Shown here piece after piece: positions 40,376 to 49,867 of a DNA stretch of 57,857 nucleotides. Position numbers and translations under genes: made by a program. The first letter of the stretch is position 1, and each line of letters opens with the position of its first letter. Source of the stretch: Burkholderiales bacterium (GTDB taxonomy: Bacteria; Pseudomonadota; Gammaproteobacteria; Burkholderiales; SG8-39). The DNA is taken from positions 1-57,857 of the forward strand of contig DATKAX010000245.1 in the NCBI GenBank assembly GCA_035514595.1, read 5' to 3'. A model generated the notes under the pieces. It saw only the letters and a list, made by a program, of their open reading frames with translations. It ran no database searches and was not told the DNA's origin.

Positions 40376-40771
40376 CTAGAAGCGGCGCTGCACGCCGATG
40401 CGGAAATCCTGCAGGCGCAAAAGCCCGCCGGGTTCGCTCGAGAGCGTTTCCGCGCTTACCGCCCAATCGGGCGACAGCCAGTAGCGGCCGAACACGGAAA
40501 CCTGGCGCTGCTCCCGGTCGTGCTCCCAGCCCTGGGCAAGCGACATGCCGAGGCTACCGCGCTCGCCGAACGTATACGACCACTGCATCCGGGGGTTGAA
40601 GCGCTCGTACTCGGAGGCGAGCCAGCCGCGCGCGAACGTCGGATCGAGGCCCGGCTCTGCGCGTTGCGGTACCCGAAGCCCTGATTGCGCGTGCGCCGGC
40701 GCGGCCGCGGCAAGCGCGGCGCCCAGGGCAAACGCCAGCAGGAAAAGCCTCGGCAATCGCACGGCGCGCAT
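40376..40771 (-). CDS. Secreted hypothetical protein (131 aa)
   Basis: Signal peptide ...AAAAPAHA-QS, aromatic-rich, ends with F. Confidence 0.5.
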   Translation of the reverse strand: MRAVRLPRLFLLAFALGAALAAAAPAHAQSGLRVPQRAEPGLDPTFARGWLASEYERFNPRMQWSYTFGERGSLGMSLAQGWEHDREQRQVSVFGRYWLSPDWAVSAETLSSEPGGLLRLQDFRIGVQRRF

Positions 40772-40797
40772 TCCAGTTTATAGAAAACTTAATTTAC

Positions 40798-41442
40798 TCA
40801 CGGCAAGCGTGTTTGTCGAGGCAGTTCTGCCCTCTGTTGCGCCGCCGCCAATGCTTCCCGCACTAGCGGCAGGGTCAGTGCTCGCTGCCGGACAAGCGAA
40901 TACCGATCAAGCACTTCCAATACGGCCAGCAGCGTGCTCATGTCGCGCGGCAGGCGTGTTAAAAGATATTCGAGGACCTCGTCGCCGAGCCGCAGCCCGC
41001 GCCGCTCGGCTTGCGAGCGCAAGTGCCGGGCCTTGTCGGCGTCGGAAAGGGGCTGGAGCTGATAGACGAGTCCCCAGGCAAGGCGCGTCCTCAAATCCTC
41101 CCGCAGGGCGAGATGTGCGGGAGCGGTGCTGCCCGAAGCGAGCACCGCCGGGCCGCTCCCGTCGCGGGCGGCGTCGATCGCGACGAACAGCGCCTGCAGG
41201 TGCCCCGGGCGGAGCGTTTCGACGTCGTCGGCGGCCACAAGCGCGGGGTTCGCGCGCAACGCGGCTGTGAGCAGGTGCGTGCGGCCGCTGCCCGGCCGCC
41301 CCCACAGGTACACGATGGCCTCGCGCAGCTCGCCGGCGGCGAGGCTGCGCACGCCGGCAAGCGCCTCGGCGTTGGCGCCGGCGACATAGTTGTCGAAATC
41401 CGGCTCCGCCGGCGGCACCATCTCGAGCGGTAGCTGCTGCAT
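40798..41442 (-). CDS. hda: DnaA regulatory inactivator Hda
   Basis: QLPLEM...FDNYVAG.N...[13 protein letters not shown], divergent from purM; start taken at MQQLPL. Confidence 0.85.
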   Translation of the reverse strand: MQQLPLEMVPPAEPDFDNYVAGANAEALAGVRSLAAGELREAIVYLWGRPGSGRTHLLTAALRANPALVAADDVETLRPGHLQALFVAIDAARDGSGPAVLASGSTAPAHLALREDLRTRLAWGLVYQLQPLSDADKARHLRSQAERRGLRLGDEVLEYLLTRLPRDMSTLLAVLEVLDRYSLVRQRALTLPLVREALAAAQQRAELPRQTRLP

Positions 41443-41488
41443 GACCCGACGATCGGTAGAATCGTGGAAATCCCGCCCCGACTCTAGC

Positions 41489-42490
41489 ATGCCGAACCCG
41501 ATCACCTACCGCGACGCCGGCGTCGACATCGACGCCGGGGACGCGCTGATCGAGGCGATCAAGCCCTTCGCCCGCAGGACGCTGCGCCCCGAGGTGCTGG
41601 CGGGCATCGGCGGCTTTGGGGCGCTTTGCGAGATTCCCCGGAAGTATCGCCATCCCGTGCTGGTGTCGGGCACCGACGGGGTCGGGACCAAGCTCAAGCT
41701 CGCCTTTGCGCTCGGGCGGCACGACACCATCGGCGTCGACCTGGTGGCGATGAGCGTGAACGACGTGCTCGTGCAGGGCGCCGAGCCGCTGTTCTTCCTC
41801 GATTATTTCGCCTGCGGCAAGCTCGATACGGGCGTCGCCGCCGAGGTCGTCAAGGGCATTGCGCGCGGTTGCGAGCTCGCCGGATGCGCGCTGATCGGCG
41901 GCGAGACCGCGGAGATGCCCGGCATGTACCCGGAAGGCGAATACGACCTTGCCGGGTTCTGCGTCGGCGTGGTCGAGAAATCACGCATCATCGACGGGCG
42001 ATCGATCGGTCCCGGCGATGCGATCCTCGGGCTCGCCTCGAGCGGCCCGCACGCCAACGGCTATTCGCTGATCCGCAAACTGCTCGAGCACGCCGGGTCC
42101 GATCGGGTCGCCGAGTTTCTCGAGCCGACGCGCATCTACGTGAAGCCGGTGCTCGAGCTCCTGGAAGCGGTCCCGGTGAAGGGCCTCGCGCACATCACGG
42201 GTGGCGGCCTTACCGGCAATGTGCCGCGCATCCTCCCTCGAGGACTCGCGGCGAGAATAGAGAAAGGCGCCTGGCCCCGCCCGCGGCTTTTCCGCTGGCT
42301 CCAGGAGCAGGGCGACATCGCCGAGGACGAGATGCACCGGGTCTTCAATTGCGGCATCGGGATGGTGGTCATCGTCGATGCCGCCGACGCGAGGCGCGCC
42401 GCGCAGATCCTGGGCGCCTCCGGGGAGACCGTCTACGCGATCGGCTCGATCGAGCCATCGCCGGGCGAGGCGCAAGTGCGTCTGGTCTAG
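41489..42490 (+). CDS. purM: Phosphoribosylformylglycinamidine cyclo-ligase
   Basis: [33 protein letters not shown]. Confidence 0.95.
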   Translation: MPNPITYRDAGVDIDAGDALIEAIKPFARRTLRPEVLAGIGGFGALCEIPRKYRHPVLVSGTDGVGTKLKLAFALGRHDTIGVDLVAMSVNDVLVQGAEPLFFLDYFACGKLDTGVAAEVVKGIARGCELAGCALIGGETAEMPGMYPEGEYDLAGFCVGVVEKSRIIDGRSIGPGDAILGLASSGPHANGYSLIRKLLEHAGSDRVAEFLEPTRIYVKPVLELLEAVPVKGLAHITGGGLTGNVPRILPRGLAARIEKGAWPRPRLFRWLQEQGDIAEDEMHRVFNCGIGMVVIVDAADARRAAQILGASGETVYAIGSIEPSPGEAQVRLV

Positions 42491-43344
42491 CTCGACCCGC
42501 GCCGGGCAAGGTAGATTCCGGCCAGCACCACCACGCCGCCTGCCACCTGCAGCGGCGCGAGTCCCTCCGAGAGCAGCAGCCAGGCGAACGCTGCCGCCAT
42601 CACCGGCTGGAAGAGCAGGCTCACCGAAGAGAATGCTGCAGGCAGGTGGGCGAGGGCGTAAGCGATCAATCCCTGCCCGGCGGCGTGCGAGACGAGCGCG
42701 AGGCCGGCGAGCGTCGCCCAGCCCTGGGTCGTGACGGGCAGCATCTGCTCGCCGGAGACGAGCGCCACGGGGAAAAGGAAGATCGCGGTAATGGTGCTGG
42801 TCACGGCCATGACATGCACCGCGGTGCTGCCGCGATCGCGCAGCCCTTTCACAGCCAGGATGTAGCCGGCGTAGAACATCGCGGTGACGACTCCGAGGGC
42901 GTCGCCCACCAGGCCCTGGGGCGAAAAAGCGAGGCTCGAGCGCACGAGCAGCGCGACGCCGGCGAGCGCCGTCACGAGTCCCGCGAGAAACATGCCGCTC
43001 GGCTTTTGCCGGAGGAACAGCCACGCCGCGAGGGTGACGAATATCGCGGCAAGGTTGGCGAGCAGCGTCGAGTTTGCGACCGAGGTAAGCTGGATCGAGG
43101 CGTGCCAGAAACCGAGATCACCGGCGAAGGCGACCCCGGCGGCGAGCATCAGCGGCCAGTGGATCGCCTGCCGCGTGGCCGCGAGCGGCCGGAAGAATGG
43201 GTATACGAGCCAGAGCGCCGGCACGGCGAGCGCGACGCGCCAGAACGCGGTGGCCGTCGGCCCGGCCTCGGAAACCCGCACGAAGATCGGCGACAGCGCG
43301 ATGCAGGTGGCGCCGGCGAGCAGGGCGGGGAGCGCGGGCGGCAT
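42487..43344 (-). CDS. DMT-superfamily (EamA) transporter
   Basis: 285 aa, ~10 TM, two EamA-like halves. Confidence 0.8.
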   Translation of the reverse strand: MPPALPALLAGATCIALSPIFVRVSEAGPTATAFWRVALAVPALWLVYPFFRPLAATRQAIHWPLMLAAGVAFAGDLGFWHASIQLTSVANSTLLANLAAIFVTLAAWLFLRQKPSGMFLAGLVTALAGVALLVRSSLAFSPQGLVGDALGVVTAMFYAGYILAVKGLRDRGSTAVHVMAVTSTITAIFLFPVALVSGEQMLPVTTQGWATLAGLALVSHAAGQGLIAYALAHLPAAFSSVSLLFQPVMAAAFAWLLLSEGLAPLQVAGGVVVLAGIYLARRGSS

Positions 43345-43406
43345 GGCCCGCCGATGTTACTTGAGGTCGTTCCAGCGCTTCGCGGGAGACCTTTCCGGTA
43401 GAATTT

Positions 43407-46400
43407 TTGGGCATGGCAAGGCCGCGCTTCGTTCACCTGAGGATCCATAGCGAGTACTCGGTGACCGACGGTATCGTGCGCCTCGACGACGTCGTGAAGC
43501 GTGCGGCGGCCGACGGCATGCCCGCGCTGGCGCTCACGGACGCGGCCAACCTCTTCGGGATGATCAAGTTCTACGGCGCCGCCCGCGCCGCCGGAATCAA
43601 GCCGATCATCGGCGCCGACTGCTGGCTGCAAAACGAGGCCGACCGCGAAAAGCCGTTTCGTTTCCTGCTGCTGTGCGCCTCGCGCGCAGGCTACCGCAGG
43701 CTCTGCGAGCTGCTGTCGCGGGCCTGGCTCAGGAACGCGCATCGCGGACGGGCCGAAATCGCGCGGGCCTGGCTGGAGGAGGCCCCGACCGACGGCCTGA
43801 TCGCGCTCTCGGGAGCCGGCTCGGGCGATCTGGGGCAGGCCCTGCTGGCAGGCCATGCCGAGCTCGCCGAGCAGCTCGCGAAGCGCTGGGCGGATCACTT
43901 CCCGGGGCGCTACTACATCGAGCTGCAGCGCGCCGGCCATCCCGCCGGCGAAGCCCTGCTGTCGCGCTCGGTCGCCCTCGCCACGCGGCTCGGCCTGCCG
44001 GTGGTGGCCACTCACCCGGTGCAGTTTCTCGAGCCGGACGATTTCAAGGCGCACGAGGCCCGCGTCTGCATCGCGCAGGGCTACGTGCTGGGCGATCAGC
44101 GGCGCCCGAAGCAGTTCAGCGCCGAGCAGTTCTTCAAGAGCCAGGAGGAAATGGCAGCGGCGTTCGCCGACATTCCGCAGGCGCTCGAGAACAGCCTGGA
44201 GATCGCGCGCCGCTGCAACCTCGAGATCGAGCTCGGCAGGAACCGCCTGCCGGCGTTCCCCACGCCGCAGGGCGTGTCGATCGACGATTACCTGAGAATC
44301 CAGGCCGAGGCGGGGCTCGCGGGACGGGCAGAAAGCCTTCGGCTGCCGCCCGAAGACCTGCCGCGATACCGCGAGCGCCTGGATTTCGAGATCCGCACCA
44401 TCGTGCAGATGGGCTTCGCGGGCTATTTCCTGATCGTCGCTGATTTCATCAACTGGGCGCGCGCGAACGGCGTGCCCGTGGGCCCGGGACGTGGCTCGGG
44501 CGCAGGCTCGCTGGTCGCCTACGCCCTCGGCATCACCAATCTCGATCCACTGCGCTACGACCTGCTGTTCGAGCGCTTCCTCAATCCCGAGCGCGTGTCG
44601 ATGCCGGACTTCGACATCGACTTCTGCCAGGATGGCCGGGATCGGGTGATCGGCTACGTGCGCGGCAAGTACGGCGAAGACAGCGTTTCGCAGATCGTCA
44701 CCTTCGGCACCCTGGCCGCGCGCGCGGTGGTGCGCGATGTCGGCCGCGTGCTCGATCTCGGCTACGGCTTCTGCGACCAGCTCGCGAAGCTCATCCCGGT
44801 GCAGCCCGGCAAGACCATCACGCTCGAGATGGCGCGCGAAATGGAGCCGCTGCTTGCCCAGCGCGAGCGCCAGGAGGACGAGGTGCGGGAGCTGCTCGAG
44901 CTCGGCGGCAAGCTCGAGGGCCTGGTGCGCAACGTCGGCATGCATGCCGGCGGCGTGCTGATCGCGCCGGGCCGGCTCACCGACTTCTGTCCCCTGTATG
45001 CGGCGGAAGGCACCTCGAACGTCGTATCCCAGCTCGACAAGGACGACGTCGAGGCCGTCGGGCTGGTGAAGTTCGACTTCCTCGGGCTGACGACGCTGAC
45101 CATCCTCGACTGGGCCGAGCGCTACGTGCGCGGCCTGGGCGAGCCAGGGTTTTCCTTGGAAAAGATTCCCCTGGATGATGCGCAGACCTACGGGCTCCTT
45201 TCCTCGGCCAACACCACCGCGGTGTTCCAGCTGGAATCGCGCGGCATGCGAGACCTGATCAAGCGCGCCCGCCCCGACCGCTTCGAGGACGTGATCGCGC
45301 TGGTGGCGCTCTACCGGCCGGGGCCGATGGATCTGATCCCCGAGTACATCGACCGCAAGCACGGCAAGCGCGTCGAGTACCTCGATCCGCGCCTCGAGCC
45401 GATCCTCGGCCCGACCTACGGCATCATGGTCTACCAGGAGCAGGTGATGCAGATCGCGCAGGTCATCGGCGGCTACACGCTCGGCGGCGCCGACCTTCTG
45501 CGCCGGGCGATGGGCAAGAAAAAGCCCGAGGAAATGGCGCAGCAGCGCGACATCTTCGTGGCTGGCGCGCAGGCGAACGGCGTGGCGCGCGCCAGGGCGA
45601 CGCAGCTCTTCGACCTGATGGAGAAGTTCGCGGGCTACGGCTTCAACAAGTCGCACGCCGCCGCTTACGCGCTGCTCGCCTACCAGACCGCCTACATGAA
45701 GGCGCACCACGCGGCGGCGTTCGTCGCCGCCAACCTGTCGGCGGTCATCGACGATACGGACAAGGTGCGCCAGTTCCACGAGGACGGCCTCGCCAACCGC
45801 CTGACCATCCTGCCGCCGGACATCGACGCATCCGAGTACCGCTTCGTTCCCGTCGACCGCAGCACCATCCGCTACGGGCTGGGCGCGGTGCGCGGCACCG
45901 GAGAGGCCGCGATTTCGGCGCTGCTCGAGGCGCGGCGCGCAGGCCGATTCGAAAGCCTGTTCGACTTCTGCCGCCGCATCGACAAGCGGATCGTCAACCG
46001 CCGCGTGGTCGAGGCGCTGGTGCGCGCCGGCGCCTTCGATGGCATCGACGCCAACCGCGCACGGCTGCTCGCCTCGGTCGGACGCGCGCTCGAGGCCGCC
46101 GAGCAGGTCGAGCGCCAGGCCTCTCAGGACAGCCTGTTCGGCGAGGCCGAGGCGCCGCGCGGCGGCGGGCATGTCGTGATCGAGGCGGCTCCCTGGAGCC
46201 TCGGGCAGACGCTGCTGGAAGAGAAGGCGGCGCTGGGCTTCTACCTCTCGGGTCACCTGTTCTCGGTTTACGAGCGCCAGCTCGCCGGTTTCCCGCGCAC
46301 TGCGCTCGCGGCGCTATCGCCTGCTTCGCACGCCGTGTGGATGGCGGGCGTCGTTTCCTCGGCGCGCACGCAGATGACGCGGCGCGGCCGCATGATGGTG

Positions 46401-46838
46401 GTGATGCTCGATGACGCCAGCGCCCAGGTCGAGATCACGGTGTTCAACGAGCTGTTCGAGAAGCACCGCGACAAGCTGAAGGAGGACTCGCTTCTCGTGG
46501 TGCAGGGCAAGGTGCAGAAGGACGAGTTTTCAGGGGGGCTGCGGGTCGCGGCGGAGGACCTGCTCGACCTCGACACGCTGCGCGGACGGTTCGCGGCGCG
46601 CCTTCGCATCGCGATGAACGGGCAGGCGGACGCGAAGCGGCTGCAGCAGATGCTGGCGCCTTACCGGGCCACCGGCGGCGGCGCATGCCAGGTCGTCGTG
46701 AGCTACCAGAACGGCGTCGGGGCGTGCGATGTGGTGCTCGGCGAAGCCTGGCGCGTGCGGCCCGATACCCGACTGCTCGCCGACCTGGGCGACTGGCTCG
46801 CCCCGGAGAACGTCCAGGTCCTCTACGCGAGCGCCTAG
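43407..46838 (+). CDS. dnaE: DNA polymerase III subunit alpha
   Basis: PHP domain FVHLRIHSEYS, GFAGYFLIVADFI, PDFDIDF, YGFNKSHAAAYA; 1143 aa. Confidence 0.97.
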   Translation: MGMARPRFVHLRIHSEYSVTDGIVRLDDVVKRAAADGMPALALTDAANLFGMIKFYGAARAAGIKPIIGADCWLQNEADREKPFRFLLLCASRAGYRRLCELLSRAWLRNAHRGRAEIARAWLEEAPTDGLIALSGAGSGDLGQALLAGHAELAEQLAKRWADHFPGRYYIELQRAGHPAGEALLSRSVALATRLGLPVVATHPVQFLEPDDFKAHEARVCIAQGYVLGDQRRPKQFSAEQFFKSQEEMAAAFADIPQALENSLEIARRCNLEIELGRNRLPAFPTPQGVSIDDYLRIQAEAGLAGRAESLRLPPEDLPRYRERLDFEIRTIVQMGFAGYFLIVADFINWARANGVPVGPGRGSGAGSLVAYALGITNLDPLRYDLLFERFLNPERVSMPDFDIDFCQDGRDRVIGYVRGKYGEDSVSQIVTFGTLAARAVVRDVGRVLDLGYGFCDQLAKLIPVQPGKTITLEMAREMEPLLAQRERQEDEVRELLELGGKLEGLVRNVGMHAGGVLIAPGRLTDFCPLYAAEGTSNVVSQLDKDDVEAVGLVKFDFLGLTTLTILDWAERYVRGLGEPGFSLEKIPLDDAQTYGLLSSANTTAVFQLESRGMRDLIKRARPDRFEDVIALVALYRPGPMDLIPEYIDRKHGKRVEYLDPRLEPILGPTYGIMVYQEQVMQIAQVIGGYTLGGADLLRRAMGKKKPEEMAQQRDIFVAGAQANGVARARATQLFDLMEKFAGYGFNKSHAAAYALLAYQTAYMKAHHAAAFVAANLSAVIDDTDKVRQFHEDGLANRLTILPPDIDASEYRFVPVDRSTIRYGLGAVRGTGEAAISALLEARRAGRFESLFDFCRRIDKRIVNRRVVEALVRAGAFDGIDANRARLLASVGRALEAAEQVERQASQDSLFGEAEAPRGGGHVVIEAAPWSLGQTLLEEKAALGFYLSGHLFSVYERQLAGFPRTALAALSPASHAVWMAGVVSSARTQMTRRGRMMVVMLDDASAQVEITVFNELFEKHRDKLKEDSLLVVQGKVQKDEFSGGLRVAAEDLLDLDTLRGRFAARLRIAMNGQADAKRLQQMLAPYRATGGGACQVVVSYQNGVGACDVVLGEAWRVRPDTRLLADLGDWLAPENVQVLYASA

Positions 46839-47773
46839 GGCCCCCAGCGCACTTGGCAGGGCTCGCGGCCGAGCACGGTGCACTGACGGAAATACCAGGC
46901 GTTCACCAGGCGCCCGGCCGGGTCGAACCTGCGCTTCTCTGCGAGAAACCGGTTGAGCTGCGGGTAGCAGGCGTCGATCTGCTCGCGCGTCGCGTCCGGC
47001 GTAAAGGCGATCGGAAAACTTCCGCCTTGCGCGATCGCTGCGTCGATCAGCGCCAGGCGCGCCTGCGTGGTGCGCACCGCGCCGCCGATCGCCCTCCAGT
47101 CGCCCAGCCGCAGACTCACCTCGGCGAACTCGCGTCGCGCCCAGCGCAGGAAGGTCTCGTCCTCCGGCCGCGTGCGGCGCACCTCGAGCGCCTCCACGGC
47201 GAGGTGCCAGGCGGCGCACACCGCCCGGGCCTCGCCGAGGTAGGCTTCGAGGCGTTCGGGCGGAACCAGGACATGAACCCAGCGCGCGGGGGACCCGGCG
47301 TCGGGGAGGACCCGCGGCGTGCCCGCCAGGGACTCGCTCACGGCGCGCTCGAGCGAGGCGACGCGCAGGGTGACGCTGTAGGCGGCGCCGAACAGTCCGT
47401 GTCCGCCGACGGCGAGGCCGAACAACTCGGGATGCACCGTGCGGCTCGCGCGCCGCAGCTCGCCGTCCGGCGTGACCAGGGCGAGCGACTCGACATGCGC
47501 CACGGCCGGGCGCCCGTCGGGCCCGGCGGCGTTCGCGGCGATGCTCTCGCCGACGCTCGCCAGGGTGGTGGGAATCCCCGCCACCTCGGCGTCTCCGGGA
47601 CGCAAGCGCTCGGCGAGCGCCTTCCAGGTCGTGCCGGCCTGCACCTCGACCAGACCGCGATCTGCGTCGTGGCGCAGGATGCGGTCCAGCCGCGCGGGGT
47701 CGATGCGGCGGGCGTGGCGCACCGCGTCTTGCAGCTCCAAAGCGGACAACGGGATAGTGAGCATGCTTGGCAT
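46835..47773 (-). CDS. FAD-binding (PCMH-type)-like oxidoreductase, atypically short
   Basis: LVEVQAGTTWKAL..., PDGELRRASR..HPELF...GGHGLFG, C-terminal FDPAGRLVNAWY. ATG 47773 is preceded by GGGGAGG. The usual GxGHS segment is not evident. Confidence 0.55.
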   Translation of the reverse strand: MPSMLTIPLSALELQDAVRHARRIDPARLDRILRHDADRGLVEVQAGTTWKALAERLRPGDAEVAGIPTTLASVGESIAANAAGPDGRPAVAHVESLALVTPDGELRRASRTVHPELFGLAVGGHGLFGAAYSVTLRVASLERAVSESLAGTPRVLPDAGSPARWVHVLVPPERLEAYLGEARAVCAAWHLAVEALEVRRTRPEDETFLRWARREFAEVSLRLGDWRAIGGAVRTTQARLALIDAAIAQGGSFPIAFTPDATREQIDACYPQLNRFLAEKRRFDPAGRLVNAWYFRQCTVLGREPCQVRWGP

Positions 47774-47834
47774 GAGAGCCTCCCCGGGTCGATGCGATGC
47801 CGCCGATTGTTCGGCGGCAGCTTGCTGCAGCGCA

Positions 47835-47853
47835 ATACCTGCAGCGCAGGTAT
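47835..47853. promoter_or_regulatory. Inverted repeat ATACCTGC-AGC-GCAGGTAT in a divergent promoter region
   Basis: Perfect 8-bp arms; also a direct repeat CTGCAGCGCA x2 (47826-47835 and 47840-47849); lies between the FAD-like gene and the HTH gene. Confidence 0.3.
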
Positions 47854-47876
47854 CGGAATCTGCTACCGTGCGTCGC

Positions 47877-48620
47877 ATGCCTTCCCGCAGCCGCTTCGTT
47901 GAGGCGCTCAAGAAAAGCGTGCGCGCCCGGGGCCTCACCTATGCCGGCCTGGCGCGCGAGCTGCGGCTCTCGGAGGCGAGCGTGAAGCGCATGTTTTCCC
48001 GCGGCAGCTTCAGCCTCGCGCGCATCGAGGAGATCCTGGCGGTGCTCGATCTCGAGCTGCATGACGTCGCGCGCATGAGCCGCGGCGCGGCCTCGGGGCC
48101 GCTGGAGCTCGCGCACGAGCAGGAGGCGGCGCTCGCGCGCGACGAGCGCCTGCTCTCGGTGTTCTGGCTGGTGCTGAACGACTGGCGCTTCGAGGAGGTA
48201 CTCGATACGTTTTCCATCACACGCGCCGAGCTGACGCTCGCCTTCGCCCGGCTCGAGAAGCTCAAGCTGATCGATTGGGGGCCGCGCGAGCGCGTGCGGC
48301 TCAGGGTGCCCCGGGACTTCCGCTGGCGCGCCGGCGGCCCGGTGAAGAAGGCCTACGGCCGCCGTGTGATGGGCGAATTCCTCGCCGGACGGTTCGACGC
48401 GCCGCTCGAGCTGCTGCGATTCGAGTCGCGCGTGCTCTCGGCCGAGTCGGCCGCGGTGCTCAAGCGCCGGCTGGAGCGCCTGGTCGTGGATTTCAACCAG
48501 CTTGCCGAGACCGACTCCTCGGTTCCGAGCGGACGCCGCGTGGGCATTGCGCTCCTGGCGGCGTGCCGGCCGTGGGAATTCTCGGTGGTCAATGCCTTGA
48601 AACGGCGCAAGAGCGCCTAG
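47877..48620 (+). CDS. XRE/Cro-type HTH transcriptional regulator with ~170-aa C-terminal domain
   Basis: [35 protein letters not shown] at the N-terminus. Confidence 0.7.
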   Translation: MPSRSRFVEALKKSVRARGLTYAGLARELRLSEASVKRMFSRGSFSLARIEEILAVLDLELHDVARMSRGAASGPLELAHEQEAALARDERLLSVFWLVLNDWRFEEVLDTFSITRAELTLAFARLEKLKLIDWGPRERVRLRVPRDFRWRAGGPVKKAYGRRVMGEFLAGRFDAPLELLRFESRVLSAESAAVLKRRLERLVVDFNQLAETDSSVPSGRRVGIALLAACRPWEFSVVNALKRRKSA

Positions 48621-48898
48621 ACCGTGGGGTGCAGTTCGAACCCGGCGTAAGACGGCTCCTGCGCATCGCCCTGGGCTGCGATCAGCTGCGCAACCACGGC
48701 ACCGGGCGGACCGCGGCGCGCCCAGGCGATCAAGGATTCGACGATCTCCTCGGGGCCCTGAAGCATCGCCTCGACGCTGCCGTCCGCGCGGTTCCTGACC
48801 CAGCCGTTGACGCCCAGTTTTCGCGCCTCGTGGCGTAGCGCGGCACGGAAGCCGACGCCCTGTACGCGGCCTTTGACACGAATTTGCCGCGTCACCAT
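48617..48898 (-). CDS. acyP: Acylphosphatase
   Basis: [11 protein letters not shown]...[12 protein letters not shown] signature. Confidence 0.85.
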   Translation of the reverse strand: MVTRQIRVKGRVQGVGFRAALRHEARKLGVNGWVRNRADGSVEAMLQGPEEIVESLIAWARRGPPGAVVAQLIAAQGDAQEPSYAGFELHPTV

Positions 48899-48967
48899 GC
48901 AACGCCCCGACACCCCATGTTAAGCTGGCCTTCGCTCTGAGGAGCGAAGCGAAAGGGGAAAAACAAC

Positions 48968-49360
48968 ATGCGCATCGCCTTGCTTATTGTCGCAGCGCTG
49001 GCCTTGGTCGCGTTCGTCGCGGTTTCGTATGTGCTGCCGCAGATGCAGGGCGCCCAGGCCATGGGCGCTGCGCAAGCCCTGATCAGCGGCGCCGATGCGG
49101 CGAAGCAGCAGGTCGCGGCGGCGGCGCAGAAGTCCGGCAGCCTCGCCGGTTCGGGAAAGGGCGTGAAGATCGCGCCGAGGAACGATCGCGAGCACGGCGA
49201 GATGAAATGGATCGTCGCCGACAACGGCGCGATCCGCGGCTGGAACGGCAAGAACGCCCTCGAAGTGGCGATCACGCCCGCGCTCCAGGCCGCCAACGTG
49301 AGCTGGACCTGCAAGGGCTATCCGGTCAGCGCGATGCCGGGGAGCTGCGGCGGCCGCTAG
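48968..49360 (+). CDS. Pilin-fold protein lacking a class III (prepilin) signal
   Basis: Hydrophobic alpha1-like N-terminus, AQALISGADAAKQQV..., C-terminal disulfide loop WTCKGYPVSAMPGSC; no G/FTLIE cleavage motif. Confidence 0.55.
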   Translation: MRIALLIVAALALVAFVAVSYVLPQMQGAQAMGAAQALISGADAAKQQVAAAAQKSGSLAGSGKGVKIAPRNDREHGEMKWIVADNGAIRGWNGKNALEVAITPALQAANVSWTCKGYPVSAMPGSCGGR

Positions 49361-49865
49361 CCGAGCTGACCGCGGTCAGGATCCCCTGGATGATGGCCGC
49401 GGGCTCCGGCGGGCACCCCGGCACGGCCACGTCGACCGGAATCACGTTCGAGACGCGCCCGCGGCTGGCGTAGCTCTCGCCGAAGATCCCCCCGCTGCAG
49501 CCGCAATCGCCGATCGTTACCACGAGCTTGGGCTCCGGCGTCGCGTCGTAGGTGCGGCGCAACGCCTCCTCCATGTGGCGCGACACCGGTCCTGTGACCA
49601 GCAGCAGGTCGGCGTGGCGGGGGCTGGCGACGAAGCGCACGCCCAGGCGCTCGAGGTTGTAGTAGGGGCTGTTGCAGGCATGGATCTCGAGCTCGCAGCC
49701 GTTGCAGGAGCCGGCATCCACGTGGCGGATCGCGAGCGAGCGCCCGAAATGCTCGAGCACCGTTTCCCGCAGGCGCTGCGCCCCGAGGCGCAGCGCCTCG
49801 TCGGGCTGCGGGGCAGGCTCGCTGACAAGGCCGGTCTTGGCGATCTGCTTCAGGATCTGGTACAT
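49326..49865 (-). CDS. NuoB/HycG/HyfI-like small subunit (4Fe-4S)
   Basis: GSCNGCELE, SPRHADLLLVTG, GDCGCSGG, PGCPPEP. Confidence 0.9.
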   Translation of the reverse strand: MYQILKQIAKTGLVSEPAPQPDEALRLGAQRLRETVLEHFGRSLAIRHVDAGSCNGCELEIHACNSPYYNLERLGVRFVASPRHADLLLVTGPVSRHMEEALRRTYDATPEPKLVVTIGDCGCSGGIFGESYASRGRVSNVIPVDVAVPGCPPEPAAIIQGILTAVSSASGRRSSPASR

Positions 49866-49867
49866 GG

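Noticed and set aside
43149-46256. 1035-aa minus-strand ORF opposite dnaE
   Set aside because: It is antisense to DNA polymerase III alpha and has no family signal. It is a shadow ORF.
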